NCBI GenBank assembly: GCA_951406725.2
Contig: OX597816.1
Span: 90,272,001-90,336,000, forward strand
Origin: Octopus vulgaris
Lineage: Eukaryota
Direction of reading: 5' to 3'
DNA length: 64,000 bases
The notes below the pieces were generated by a model, which was not told the DNA's origin, did not search any database, and worked only from the letters and a program-made list of their open reading frames with translations. Shown here one piece after another: positions 22,836 to 36,795 of the stretch (within the stretch, counting starts at the first letter, position 1; each line of letters starts with the position of its first letter). Position numbers and translations under genes: made by a program.

Positions 22836-25800
22836 AGCACACAAAGAAGCATTGACAATGATATTATATTGAATAATATTATCATCGTTTAATGTCCGCC
22901 TTCCCTGCTGGCATGGGTGGGATGGTTTGACAGGAGCTGGCCAGGCAAAAACCTGCACCAGACTTCTGTGACTGTTTTGGCAGGAATTTTACAGCTGGAT
23001 GCCCTTCCTAACACCAACCACTCAGCAGAGAGGGTTCAGTGTTTTTTTTATGTGGCAGGGTCAGTTTTACAAGGTTTTTACAGTTAGATGCCCTTCCAAA
23101 TGCCAACCACTTTACAGTGTGGACTGGGTACTTTTAAGTGGTACCTGCACTGACAGGGTCACCAAGTACTTGCAAGGGGTTAAAAAAAAAATGTTTTGAG
23201 AGGGAAGTGGAGTATTGGAGGAGGTAATCTTGTGTCAGATGATGAAAGGTTATAGCAAGACAGAAACAGGTATCTTGCTGTAGAGGAGGTACAAGGTTCC
23301 CCAGATGGAGAGAGAGAGAGAAAAGAGAGAGAGAGAGAAAGGAATCACGAATGAAGATAGAAACAGGTGTACTGCCACAAAGAAGATGCGTGGTTACCTA
23401 ACCTAAGGGAAGTGCAGGAGAAAGAGAGAGAGACAGCAGAATAGAAATGGTGGCAAAGTGCTGGGTATACTCACAAGGGGCAGGGATCAGAATATAAATG
23501 ACATGATTGAGTAAAGGAAGAGAGTGGCAAGTGCCAAGGTATGGCTTTGAGGTTTGAATTTCATAATTTAAGTGGCAAGATATTGTGAAAGAAGCATGAT
23601 TACAGTGTGAAGGGGGTGGGGGTGAGTGGCAAAAACCTGAGTATATATAGTGGGGAGGCTACCAGATAGCAATGATACAAAGAAACAGGGCTGTGAGGAC
23701 AGGATTGGGGAGTGAGAGGCAGGCATAATGTATGAAGGAGGAAATGTGAGGAAGAGATGTAGATTGGTTTGTTGGGGTAGGGTGTGTGAAAGTTTTCTTG
23801 TTACATGTGGGTGGAACACAGGTCAGTGGGGGAGGTAGGAGATAGTAATGATACAGTGAGACAGGGCATGTGGGTGGAGCACACAGGTCGAGCTAGAGGA
23901 AAGAAATAACTCAGTAAGACAGGACCAAGAGAACAGAATTAGGGAGTGGGAACCAAGCATAGTGCATGAAGTGCAAATGCAAGGAGAAGAGATGTAGTTT
24001 GGTTTGTTGTGGTAGGGTATGTGAGGAGTTTTCTTGTTAAGAGTGGGTGGGATACAGCATTTCTAGAACACACATACACACAAGGGGCGAAGAGTCTGTG
24101 TATGCAACACATGCGCTGCATACCTTACTATTTTTCCATGATAAATAATTTCTGTGTAATATATAATTGATTATTGATAATTTTCACTAAATTCATTGTA
24201 GTCATATTTACTTTTATTTGGTTGTGTGGTAAGTAGCTTGCTTACCAGCCACATGTTTCTGGGTTCAGTCCCACTGCGTGGCACCTTGGGCAAGTGTCTT
24301 CTACTATAGCCTTGGGTCAACCAAAGCCTTGTGAGTGGATTTGGTAGACGGAAACTGAAAGGAGCCCATCGTATATATGTGTGTGTGTGTGTGTTTGTGT
24401 ATCTGTGTTTATCACCCCAACATCACTTGACAACTGATGCTAGTGTGTTTGTGTCCCTGTAACTTAGTGGTTCGGCAAAAGAGACTGATAGAATAAGTAC
24501 TAGGCTTACAAAGAATAAGTCCTGGGGTCAATTTGCTTGACTAAAGGCGGTGCACCAACATAGCTGCAGTCAAATGACTGAAACAAGTAAAAGAGAGTAT
24601 TCCTTCATTTCCTAGTATGAAGTGGTCAGCAGAAACCTAGGGAAAAGAAAGGAAGTATTTTACTGCTTGCTTTCAGTCATAGTAGGAGCAGTGATGTTAT
24701 TTTCTTTGAATTCTATTATTTTCAAAAAGTGAAACAAGAAACGAGTGAGTGGTTAAGAAAGAGAAAGCAGATATTTTACTGCTTGCCTTTCAGTTGTGTT
24801 AAGCCAGCAGACATGTTGTCAACATTTTTTCTCTCTTGAGGTGCTTATGATTTTACTGTCCTGTGCAGCAGAGATCAAGAACTTGTCTAGTCAGAGGATT
24901 CCTGAGCCTTTCCTCATAGACAGATTTAGATGAGAAATGCATTTTTAGTCAATTTACAAGTTTGTTTTATTGCTTTCTGATATATTTTGTATGATTATCA
25001 GTACCAAAGAGTATACCCTTTATCTTTTATTCAATCAGTAGATTGTAGCCATGCGAGGGCATCACCTTAAATAATTTTTTTTGTTTAATGAATCTACCCC
25101 AGTACTTTTTTTAAAGCCTGATGCTTATTCTTTTAGTTTATTGTGCCAAACTGTTAAGTTATAGAAACGTAAACACACCAATGCTGGTTGTCAAACGTTG
25201 GTGAAGGACAAACACAGACACAAACATGTATATATATATATATATATGATGTTTTTTTTTTTTCAGTTTCCCTCTATCAAGTTCACTTACAAGGTTTTTT
25301 TGTCAGCCCAAGGATATAGTAGAAGACACTAGTAGAAGATTGGGCTTGGAACCATGTGGTTGGGAAGCACACATCCATGCTTGCTTTCTAAAGAGATTTA
25401 ACCAATGAAGAGTATTTTTGATCCCTTCTTAAGACCTGAATTCAGTCATGTGACCCCAGAATTTTCTTGACTATTTCACAGAGCAAAAAGAAGAAACCGG
25501 CAACTTGTGTGTGTGTGTGTGTGTTTAAAAAGTAAAGTTTTCCTCCATTCATTCGTGCCAATGCTTTAAAACTTAATTTTAGATATTTAAAGTTACTTAA
25601 GAAAGATTACATAAAAAAGTAAACTAGTACCTAAATTATCTATTAGCATAGAGCTTCAATTCATTTAAAAAGATTAAACCCAGTAGCATTTCTCATGCTT
25701 CCAAATCACCCCCAGGATTGCAAAAGGGTCAATTCAGTTTTCTCTCTACTTTCCTCAACTTTGAAACAGATAAGAATATTATCATTCTCAGAAGAGATAA

Positions 25801-26929
25801 CTCAAAGCTTAAACTGAAAATCAAAACCAAAGTGGGCAGCAAGGAATGTCGACGTTATTTTGATTGAGAGTATTACGAATAATCTGAGTGAATGATAAGA
25901 TGACCCATTCTGAACTAATTTTGTCTGTTAGTTTGTCAGTATAAGAACACATTTTCTCAGCTTTGAAGTGATACTGAAAACGAGTATCACTTACAAGTGA
26001 TATTCAAAACTAAAATCATTTAATTGTATAGCTATTACAAGTGAAGGTGTAATTAAGCCAATGACCGGAAAAAACAGCATTTGTTGTTGCTATGTTTGGT
26101 GAGACTACAAACCTTTGAATGATATCTTAGCTGTCACACATTTTGCAATTTGTTGATGAGAAGGAAAGGCTTCAAGAAAGGTTTAGGGGATAAGTTGATG
26201 TCAGTAAGGACAGAAAAGCTGTATCATTAACAGAAGTTGTACATTGTTATACACATTCACTTAATTTGGTACACTCAACCAGCTTCAAGAGTTTGTGAAG
26301 GTCGAATTTTCTTCCCAACTTTAAAAAGAATTTCAACTTCTTTCTCAAAGTTGATGGCTTGAATAGCCCCTACTGGAATCGTTTGAAGGTGATCTCCAAA
26401 GTTATATGTACGTTTCTCATGTCTTACTATTTCAAAACGGTGTATTGTAGGGGGAAAACTATTTTCAGACTCTCCATATTTCAAAGTATATAATGTAGGA
26501 TTTTGCAGTCATTTTCATACGTCTGAATGACCCGATTATCAAATTGTATGACAAAGTCATGAAAAAAATTAGCACAAATTTATTTTCCAATCATTCAATT
26601 TTGCACTTCAGTCAAATTAAAATGCCCATCGAGAGCATTCAAATTTGTCAGAATGTGAGGAAGTGTCTTTCTAAGCATTCAAATTTGCACATGAACATTT
26701 GAGTTTGAAATAAGTTCATTCAATTTTTGCTCACATTCTAAGAAGTGAATGTCAGAAATGACAAATTTAAATGACATGTTTTGTCATGCAAATCTTATTA
26801 TGTTGTCATAGCTACAAAGAAGAAATTGTGTGATTTTTCTGTCCACGAAAGTCTTTTTCATTGCTACATTCATAACCAGCTGGTATCAGCTGCATTTTAT
26901 ATCCCTTTCTCTTACACCAACTTGTAATC

Positions 26930-28112
26930 ATGGAGCCACATGTAAGATACATGTATATATTGGATGAAGATAGGGCAAGGCTGGTTGATACCTTCAAGGG
27001 GCATCAAACCAATCACCTGCAACAGGCAGACACACTTCACATTAAAAGGAGTACTGCCCGATCCATTGTAGTGACCTACCTATGGTCTGGGAGGTGCCAC
27101 AAGTTGCCTAGAGGGAGTGCCTAACACCTTAAAGTTGATGAGGAAATGCGAGCCAGGCTTCAGGTGATTATTGATGCCAACACACTCGCAATCCTTCAAC
27201 AGATGAAGAGGGACTTAAAGGCAGCATTGTCCAGAAAGCAGGCAGTTCCAGTGTCTGCAATCTCACAGGCTGTAGATAGGATGTTGATAACAATGAAGTT
27301 GGCCAAAAACATCCAAGATGCAAGAATGAATATGTGCATTGGTTCATGGAAGAAGAAATCGTTGGCCATTACATATTCATTGATGAATGTAGATACAACA
27401 TTTGGACCAGGCAGTCTTTTGAATGAGCTTCCCAGAGCATTCCTGTTCATCAAGTTGTCAACTGTCAGTGTGAAAAAAACTGTCACTTTTGCAGTGTTGG
27501 GAGAAATTGGCCTGCTTCAGCACTCCATTGCAAATGATACCATTGCACAAAGCTCTTTTGAGGAATTCTTGGTGGAAAGTTTTGAGCATGTGCCAACATG
27601 TTCCCAATGAATGAATCTGTCTACTTCATCTACGACAGTATGCAGCCACATATTTGTGCTGAGCTCCCAGCTGACGCCAACCTATGGATCAGTCTGAAGC
27701 TCCTGCCTCCCTACTTGTCGTTTCTTAATTGTATGGAAATGGCACATTATGCCTTAACCCTTTCATTACTGTATTTATTTTGAGATTCTCTGATTTTCTC
27801 TCAATTATTTTAAATATAACAAAGAATTTAGTAAAATAACTTAGTTATCATTAAGTTAGTGTTAGGAACATTAATTGTGACTAAGGTTTGGTGAAAGATT
27901 TTAATTAAAAACTTATGAAAACAAGACATTTGTACTACAGAGCTAGGGCCGGTTTCAGCCGGGTTAGTAACGAAAGGGTTAAGGCAGCTGTCAAGCAGGA
28001 ACTTGCTCAAGCTGAGTTGCAACAAAGGGTTGATGACTGGTTAGCTGTAGAAGAAGCTGGCATGATCATGGAAGAATGGCAAGCACATCATACAACAGGG
28101 CATTTAATTTGA
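26930..28112 (+). pseudogene. Degenerate IS630/Tc1-family transposase
   Basis: N-terminal HTH-like segment (ADTLHIKRSTARSIV), IFIDEC, FIYDS, and LPPYLSFLNCME (cf. LPPYSPxLNPIE). Contains stops and frameshifts and is split by a MITE. Confidence 0.75.
27758..27978. mobile_element. piggyBac-type MITE inserted in the IS630/Tc1 transposase
   Basis: TTAA at 27754-27757 and 27979-27982, TIRs ccctttcattact / agtaacgaaaggg. Removing it restores ...HYALKAAVKQEL. Confidence 0.88.
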
Positions 28113-28311
28113 ATGATGTATAAATTAAGGTCTTTGACCAAAGGGCGAAATTGAATGATAAAAAAAAAAAAAAAGAATTTGAAACAGGGGTGAGTGGAAT
28201 ACACAGAAATCCACATACCCCAACCTCAGTAGGTGGGGGGACTGCATGATCTAGATTCCTAGTCTACCTTTCACCACAGATGTATACACACACAAACTCA
28301 ATATGTATATA

Positions 28312-28715
28312 TATTATCAACATTGTTTAATATCTGTTTTCCATGCTGTCATGGGTTGGACGGTTTGACTGAGGTCTGGAGAGCCAGCGGTTGCATCAGA
28401 CTCCAATCTGATCTGGCAATGTTTCTATGGCTGGGTGCCCTTCCTAACACCAACCACTCCGAGAGTGTAGTAGGTGCTTTTTACATGCCACTGTCACATG
28501 AATCAGTCAAGGGACACTGGCCACAGCTACGATATTGGTTGTACTTGACTCGACAGGTCTTCTCAAGCATATCATATCACCTGATGCATCAGGGGTACTC
28601 TTAACTGGACCAGACATGCATGGTTGCGACTCACTTTAGTTGCTGGGTCTTCTCAATCACAGCATATCTCCAAAGGTCTCAGTCTCTTGTCATTACCTCT
28701 GTAAGGCCCAATGTT
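28312..28715 (-). mobile_element. RTE 3' fragment
   Basis: Matches parts of 2735-3395 (tail and ORF end). Confidence 0.8.
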
Positions 28716-28974
28716 TGAATACACACACACACACAATATTCCCTCACCACATCGCGGTTCACCTACCGTGCACCCAGTACATCGCGGTTCACCTATTGCG
28801 CTCCCAGTACATCAAAGAGTTTTCTGGCTAATATATGTAAATTTATATCACGGGTTTCTGTGGCCAATAGGTATTTATATTTTTTTAGATTTTAATTATT
28901 TCTGTGCAAGGTTTTGGAATGTAACAACCACAATAGTTGAGGAATGCATTGTAAATAAAAAAGAGATAAAAAAA

Positions 28975-29292
28975 ACATACATATATAACACACACACACT
29001 TCATGCATACACACACTATACATATATATAACATATATATATCACATACATACATAACATACATATATCACATACATACATAACATACATATATATACAC
29101 ACACACACATAACATACATATATATACACACACACACACACATAACATACATATATATACACACACACACACATAACATACATATATATACACACACACA
29201 CATACATAACATACATATATATACACACACACACATATATATAACATATACATATTTATAACATATAACATAACACATATATCTATATATGT
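28975..29292. repeat. Compound (CA)n/(TA)n minisatellite, unit ~cataacatacatatatatacacacac
   Basis: Direct reading. Confidence 0.95.
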
Positions 29293-29294
29293 GT

Positions 29295-29878
29295 CCTCAG
29301 CCGCCTGGATTACTGCTCCCAGCTATGGTCACCCAGCAGTGTAAAATTAACAGCAGACCTTGAAGCAATTCAGAGAAGTTTCACAAAGAAGATCGTCTCT
29401 TTGCAACAGCTCAGTTACTGGGAAAAGCTGAAACAGCTAAGACACTACTCCCTAGAGTGCAGGCAGGAGAGGTATGCAGTAATATACATCTGGAAGATCC
29501 TTGAAGGAATTGTGCCAAATTTACAGCAATGCCAGAACTGGTTGACACTGCATATTGCCAAAGATCCAAGCAATGCCATCGCACTTCAGTACCAGTTACT
29601 GCAACAACCTGGGTTTCAAGGGCCCACAGCTTTTTAATATTCTCCCAAAGAGCTTGAGGAATTTCCATAAAGTAGATGTAGGTGTTTTCAAATCATGGTT
29701 GAACCTCTTTCTGTTGAGAGTCCCAGATGATCCTACCTCACGGCAAGAGGTGCAAATGAGGGTAGCTACATCAAACTTCATTCTACACTAAGTGGCATAT
29801 ATTAAAGGAAGATCTCACTAATAAAAGCGTAGCAAAATGGCGGTGCTCCAGCATGGCTACAGCTATGAGCTGAAACTA
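29295..29878 (+). mobile_element. CR1-group LINE 3' fragment (ORF2 C-terminus and 3' UTR)
   Basis: RLDYCSQLWSP...LEAIQRSFTK...LSYWEKLKQL..YSLE.RQERY. Confidence 0.85.
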
Positions 29879-30437
29879 CAAATATATATATATATGACAT
29901 ATGTATGCAGAAAATTGGTGACCCTAACAGGACACCTTACAGGATAAATGGAGCAGTCAAAGCCCAAACCATGGTTAAGAGTAATTTCGAAGGGATGACA
30001 AATAAAATCATTTTCAATAGTGACCACTTGTGTCTTGGTTTCAAACATTAATGAAGAAATAAAATAATTTGCTATCCATGTTCTTCATCAGCAAAGGCAC
30101 TACAATTAACATATGTGTATGTCTATGAGACAAATAGACAGCACATGCCTCGTCTTTATACATTATAATTTTTCAAAACCACCTTGCAAGCACAATTAGT
30201 CAACAGCAAATAAAAATTTATATGCCGACTTTCTTTAAAATTCCTAAACTCATATTAAGAAAATATATAAGGGTAGAAAAATTAGAGAAATTTTCTACCA
30301 GTGGCCTGCATGCATAGAATATTTTTCATATAAAATTATTGTACATTTATACAGAAAAGGAGCAGTCAATGCCCAAACCACAGTTAAGAGTTATTTTGAA
30401 GAGGATAAAAAATAATATTAGCAAGTAATTTTTCTAC

Positions 30438-30474
<37 letters not shown>

Positions 30475-32757
30475 TACATACTACATACACTTGCAAGGGG
30501 GTAGCTGGGTTTTCTCAATGCATTAAGCCACTGCTCCCTTCCCACCTTTAAGTTCATTCATCCTCTGCTCTCACCCAATCCCTTCCAGCGTCTTTTTCTC
30601 TCATTGCTCTTGTTGCCTTCACTGCTCTCCTTTTCTTTTACCATCCTCTCCTTACAATCTCTCTACCAACTCGACTCTCTAATTGCTTCTCCCCCACTCC
30701 ACACAGACTCTCCATTACCTTCACCATCTTCTATATTTCATGCCAACTTCGTGTATTCACCCTTGTAACATAAAACAGCACTTGATTTCCCCTACACAGC
30801 TCACCCCATCACCTTTTCACTCCGCCCCTTTCTCTCTCACTAAACCTTGACACTACCTTTCTTCTGTCCCTACCATACTTCTTGCTCTCAATAGTGTCTC
30901 CTATGTTAATCTAACCACTCCATCACAACAAGAAACCTCTCATCATCTTGCCAATGATCATCGCCCTCTTTCTCATTTGTGTGAATTCTTTAGCCTGTCA
31001 GTTCAAGGTAGCCTCACTAGTGCTGCACAAAATACATCCAGCATGCTGTAAAGTGGTTGTCATTAGGAAAGGCATCCAGTCACAAAAACCATGTCAAAAC
31101 TGTGAGACTGGAATATGATGTCGGCTCCTAATTCACAGAAACTGCAACTGGCATTCAAGCAAGACAGATCATGGCTCTCCCTCCCCAAGCTTTGACAATT
31201 TGCAGACTTGCTTGTATCACAGTCTTTCACTTTTCCGGATAGCTAAGGGCTAAGCCAACACACTAAATCTATTCCTACACACTATTCTGATGGCAAGTGG
31301 ACCTATATTTTATGCAGGGTAATATGCATAATTTTCTATCAATAAAATCTGTTATTGAATGTTTGCAAGTTTGCAAGTTTGCTTTTGTTGTATCCATGCA
31401 GCCAGCCTGATCTTACACTCAGAAAGAATACAGTATCAATCTTTCTCATGAACAATCATGCGACGATGGTCTACAGCAAACACATCAGCTCGTAACAAAG
31501 TAAAATTTCAATTTTTCTTATATAAATGAAACACAATACTCTAGTGAAAGGTATTGAGTTATCCTTCAATTATTGTTTGACTAAGCATTAATGGATATAT
31601 AAACTGTGTTTGTGTGTATCTGTGCTCTTGCTTTGACATTATGTAACAATTCGTAAGCGTCACCACCTGCGAAAAAATATCTAACCATAGAGAAGTATTA
31701 CCGTTTGGAACTAGGTGGATGTTAGCAACAAGTGTTACAAGCTATAGAAAATCTACTTCCAATAAACTCTACCTGATGCATGCAAGTATACACAAGTGGA
31801 CGCTAAAACGCTGCGTGCACGCACGCGTACACACACACACACACACACGCACAAATTCAGGTGTTAAATGCATGCATCAGTATGTAGATTGTAATTAATT
31901 TGTAATTAATTATATACTATGGAATATTGTAATTAGTTTGTAATTAATTATATACTATGGAATATTTAATTATGTATTATTCTAATTATGTGCTTCGGAA
32001 CGTTAAATAATGTATTTTGAAACAATGCGATTGTAGTAATGTATTTTGGACACATAATATTTAAGAATATGTAATGTATTTTGAAATAATTTTATTATTG
32101 TTTTTGAATATGTATTTTATTTTGAAATGTTTTGATTGTAATAAAGTACTTGGGAATTAATAAACTTCAATTGTTATTTCCAACATATCTCCAAATTTTC
32201 ATTTTGAAGGCCAGATTTTCCTAGTTAACTAAAAAAATTTGAAACTTCGTATACTGGTAGAATGTGTCAAAAGAAAACATTATTGTAAACAAAATTGAAA
32301 ACAAAATTGTAATTCGTAACTAAAACGTAGTTTAATTTTTACGAATTTTAACCAATGAAATCCCAACATCTTCGAATTTTAACCAATGAAATCCCAACAT
32401 TGCTGCGTTATCGATATTGATAAAGAAATATAGCAGACGCACGACACACACATTTGCACAAGCACATAGTAATTAATATATAAGCGTACACACACATACA
32501 AACGGACATATACATACACACATATACGCACACAAGCAAAAATACACGTTCTTGTTTTGCCACTTGCCGCAACAAATTTGCACAGAAGGGGGTGTGGGGT
32601 CAATGTTTCATCGTTTCGGGGTCGATAAATTAAGTACCAATTACGCACTGGTGTCGAGGATTTTTTTCCCAATTTATATCACAGCTTCCGACAAGCTGGG
32701 GGCATCCTTTTATGAAAAAATATTTCGCAAATTTTTACAATACTAGTCACACTCCAC

Positions 32758-32784
32758 GCGCAAACTCGAGACCGATTTAGGCAT
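32758..32784 (-). CDS. Candidate first coding exon of ADA (MPKSVSSLR)
   Basis: ATG plus 8 codons, then a phase-0 GT that would join VELHVH in frame. Lies where CpGs become frequent. The donor (gtggag) is weak, so this is tentative. Confidence 0.3.
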
Positions 32785-34017
32785 ATTATTGTTTTGTTTT
32801 TGTTGTTTCTGGCCCTTCAAAACCATGGGAGAAGCCTTTTCGGTAAAAAAAAAAATAAAGAAAATATAAAAAAAATATCGTTAATATTTTTATTGGGCGA
32901 CGAAATTCATCGATTTCAGAGATATAGCTGTTATTTCTAGCACATGTAGAAGACAGAAGAAGAGGTAAATAATTTGAGCTCGAATATGCAACAGAGATAG
33001 AATATGCAACAGACTTAAATACTGGCATCCCTGCATGGCAGCGAGCCAATGAATGAAACGAGTAAGGATTAAAAATTGAGACGAAAAAGACATAGAATTT
33101 ATTGCAATGATAGTCGTTTTGGTTGCTTTACGTCTCATGAAAAAATATAACTGTCCCACAGACATCAAGTTTGTTTTAATCTTTTTTTATACTGACCAAA
33201 TATTTGTTGTAATACATCAGTAATGTATTAATGGGTTTAAATTTTGAGAAGAAGGCGTGAGTCGATACCATCGAGACCAATACATGACTGGAACTTTATT
33301 TCATCGACCTCAGAGAGATGAAAAGTAAAGTTGATCTCAGTGTAATTTCAGCACAAGACGCAGTAAGTCAGAAAACATCCCGCAAAGCATTTTCCGCCTC
33401 TCTAACAATACTACCAGCTCGATGCCAAATACGAATTATATTTGATTAAAAAGAAAAAAAAAAAAAAAAAACCGCGCGACAAGCAAGATATTTGTAAAAA
33501 CATTTGCAAGCAGAACTTTGTGAACAGATGTACTGCTATTTGAGAATTTTACTTGGAATCTGATATTTTCTTTTAGCACAAAATATGCCACCCGTTTTGT
33601 AACAGAGGTCAAGGACGTTTGGGAAATGTATTGAGCAACACATTCTGTGTGAGCCTATATATATATACATACATATAGACGCATACGCACATACACACGC
33701 TCCCCCACGAGCATAAAAAAATAAAGCACAATAAAGTGCAACACGCAACCAAAAATCGGGCTCAGTCGTGGGTTCCACACGCCACTAGTGTAGAACGGCG
33801 CGCAGCATTAACCTCGAGATAAGCTAGAGTGCAGAATACGAGCCAACTGAGAAAAATAAGCTGTAAACAAGTGTGATATTCAATGCTTTATAGCACATAC
33901 ACGCATTTCAGCAAAATGCCGAAATAATTACATAGTAGTAGAAACATTATGCAACCAAACACTTCATCAGTGACCCGCAATAAATACAGCTATGTATGAT
34001 CAAGTTCCACATATATA

Positions 34018-34886
34018 CAGGGTGTTCAGGCTAAATTTAACACTTTGCATAAAAGGAAAAGAAAACATATCCAAAACTAAAGTATTTCTTAAAAAATCGA
34101 AAAATATCAAACTAGATTATGGATAGGACATAAAAGTTTACTCAAAGTAGCCGCCATCAGCTTCCACCACCGCCTCAAGACGGCTCCTGAACCTAGCACA
34201 TGCATTCTTCACTGAGTCCTTGTGAAAATCTTTGAACACCTCGATCTTGACTATCAGCTCGGCCTTAGTGTTACAGGCAGAGTTTGGTATATTTCTCAAC
34301 CACGTCCCACAGTAATCCATGCGATTACAATCGGGGGAATGAGGAGGCTAGAAATTGGTTCTGATGAAGTCATAGAAATTCTCCTACAACCACTGACTCT
34401 TTCCGAGGTATAGTAAGGAGTCAAATCCTGCTGTCACACATATGGCCTTCCAGCAGCAACCCTCTCCAGCTAGGGATTGATCGCAGTGTTCTACAGCTTC
34501 ACATAGCCACCTGAATTGAGCCTAGGTCCCTGTTAAAATATATACAGTGGCATAATGTCACCCTCACTGGAGGCACACTAAAAAACCACAATTTGGAGGA
34601 ACTTAGTTTTAATTATGTCCGTGTCACGTCTTAGAACCTTTACAGAGTTCAAAGGACATTGAGCAGCAGCAGTCTTGATATCGGTACTTTGATATCCGGC
34701 GCAAATTATCATAATATAGGTAACTCTTTACCAATATTCAGTTGGCTTCCAATCCTCCATATCAGCTAACTTTTTCTCAATTACAACTTTAATCTTTATG
34801 CTCTCCACTCTCCAGTCCAGTTGACTGTTCACCAATACATCAAGCTGTTCCTAAAAACAATCGTCAAATTTAGCCCGAGCGCCCTG
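34018..34886 (-). mobile_element. Non-autonomous Tc1/mariner element, maT (DD37D)-like
   Basis: TIRs cagggtgttcaggctaaattt / aaatttagcccgagcgccctg with a left TA. Encodes PPDCN.MDY...KNACARFRSRLEAVVEADGGYFE. Confidence 0.85.
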
Positions 34887-35043
34887 AACATTTTTGCCCT
34901 GTTATGCAGATAATCAATAACCTCGCATATTACATAAAATAGCAGGGAATAGACAAAGCATCATACGAAAAAGTCCGAACAATGCCGCTACTGTCAAAAC
35001 CAAATATGTGCAACCAGAAGGAAAAAAACTGGAAAAAAAATCC

Positions 35044-35463
35044 GGATCTTTTCAGTTTGAACGGCAGTTTTTTTCTAGCGGTGTCATATGAAATTGTCAC
35101 CCATAATTATGACCCTAGTATCGATCTATTGCATTTCAATCTGTTTTAGGGTTAGGGGTGGGGGTAAAGGTATTTTTTTTTCTTCACAAATGTAAATAAA
35201 CCCAATCTGTTTCTTAAACGAGGAACATATTCATACGGCACAGAATGTTTTTTCTTTTTACCTCAATGGACGTCATTGATTGGTTGAAATTGCAGAAATT
35301 GATGGGAAAAAAACAACAAATATCTTACAAACCATAGAATTTTCTCAATAAAGCCAAGAGAAAAAGATATTTTATAAACACATTCTACCAGTATACGAAG
35401 TTTAAAAGTGTTTAGTTACGTGGAAATTATTTTAAAAAACTGCCGTTCAAACCGAAGAGATCC
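35044..35463. mobile_element. MITE with GG termini and an 8-bp TSD (Merlin-like)
   Basis: TIRs ggatcttttcagtttgaacggcagtttttt / aaaaaactgccgttcaaaccgaagagatcc. Perfect TSD aaaaatcc at 35036-35043 and 35464-35471. A related fragment lies at ~32220-32400. Confidence 0.88.
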
Positions 35464-36536
35464 AAAAATCCATAAAAAAAGTAAAAGGGACGGAAGATAC
35501 AAACCGAACTCATAGCAGATAAGTCTGCTAAGACTATCTGAAAGACAAAAATACACATCCAATACAAAAGACATAAAAACACATACATACAGGCAAGCAC
35601 GCATATATGCATACACGCACAAAATACACGATAGTCTCTCGTAATCCGAGAAAGACGGTTCTGCAATTTCTTGCTGAACAACTCACAAATGACTTGTTTA
35701 TAATCATCAGATGTTTGTGTTGTACATTAGCTCACGCTGTTCATCAAATTGACGTTGCCTGAACGGTGTACCGCGCGTCATCTGTCGAAGTGATCTAATA
35801 AACAACGTGAGATGAAGTGTTTTACTCAAGAACACAACACACCACGATCTCGCGAAGTACAACACTAACAAAGCCACGCACCCTCAACACACACAACCAG
35901 ATACATAAATAGATATACATCCATGTAGTGATAAAACAAAACCAATAGACAGAGTACATATAAACGTACATGTATGAACACACGCACACATTTTATATAT
36001 ATATTTCTATATCCATATCTACACACAACAGGCACATACATTCATGCACACTATGGTATCTATGGTGCGGGGAAAGGTTTCCTCTTGTCTAGAAACAATT
36101 TCTAGAGACGTTAGTTTTGACATTCAAAGAGAAGTACGGGCCGTAACAAAGCATCTGGCTTCTCTTCCGCTTACCCCCGGAGTGGGCTATTTTGCCTATG
36201 GGGTGGAAGATGGGGGAAGGTCCTTGATTTACTACCCAAAGGGTTATGTTCTGGGTGTTAACTCGTACTGATGGAAGCGGGACTACGGTCCATTAACCCA
36301 ATCTCTCCGCAATTAACAAGCCAGAGAATCCCGTGGGACCTGATGGGTCACGTTTTCGTCCCGCTAAAGATTTCACTGTCAATGGTGAAGAGTCCGTATC
36401 CCCACCAACTGTTTGGGTTGGCAGCGGAGTTACCCGATCTGCGTTGGATAGACAAATGTTCCTTACAATCCCACTACAAGTACTCTCGGTTCCTATACAA
36501 TCTTTAAGGTCTAGTTCTGGACCTTAAAGATTGTAT

Positions 36537-36795
36537 TTCTGGGATAAACTTAATACTGTCTTTATCAACAGCTCCCCTGAGAGCCTCATAATACTCTGCA
36601 TTATTGTAAAATATACGACCAAGGCTGAAAGGCTGGAGATTCTAACTGATATTTCTTACCAAGACATTGATGACGTATCTAGGATAGCATGATTGCCTAT
36701 GAACGTAATGGAGGCTCTCTTTATTATACAGAAAATAGTCCCGAATCCTAATCTAAAGTGATGTCAAGAAAGTTAACCCTTCTACTGCAATTCAA
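36537..36795 (-). mobile_element. PLE (Neptune-like) RT C-terminal fragment. Homologous copies at ~38810-39075 (+) and ~40889-41150 (+).
   Basis: VNFLDITLDL...VHKQSYH...ISNLSANEHIFYNNAEYYKEALRGG.Y, read across frameshifts. Confidence 0.72.

Noticed and set aside
21819-22958. Long RE-rich and SL-rich ORFs (232-357 aa) on both strands
   Set aside because: They are translations of the (GA)n array, which has no stop codons.
24124-24151. Alternative upstream ADA exon (NYLSWKNSK|gtatg)
   Set aside because: No in-frame ATG, and its own ATG is followed by a stop after three codons. Not excluded as an internal micro-exon.
25700-26500. Possible hAT-like transposase remnant
   Set aside because: Only a vague resemblance, with no diagnostic motif or TIR found.
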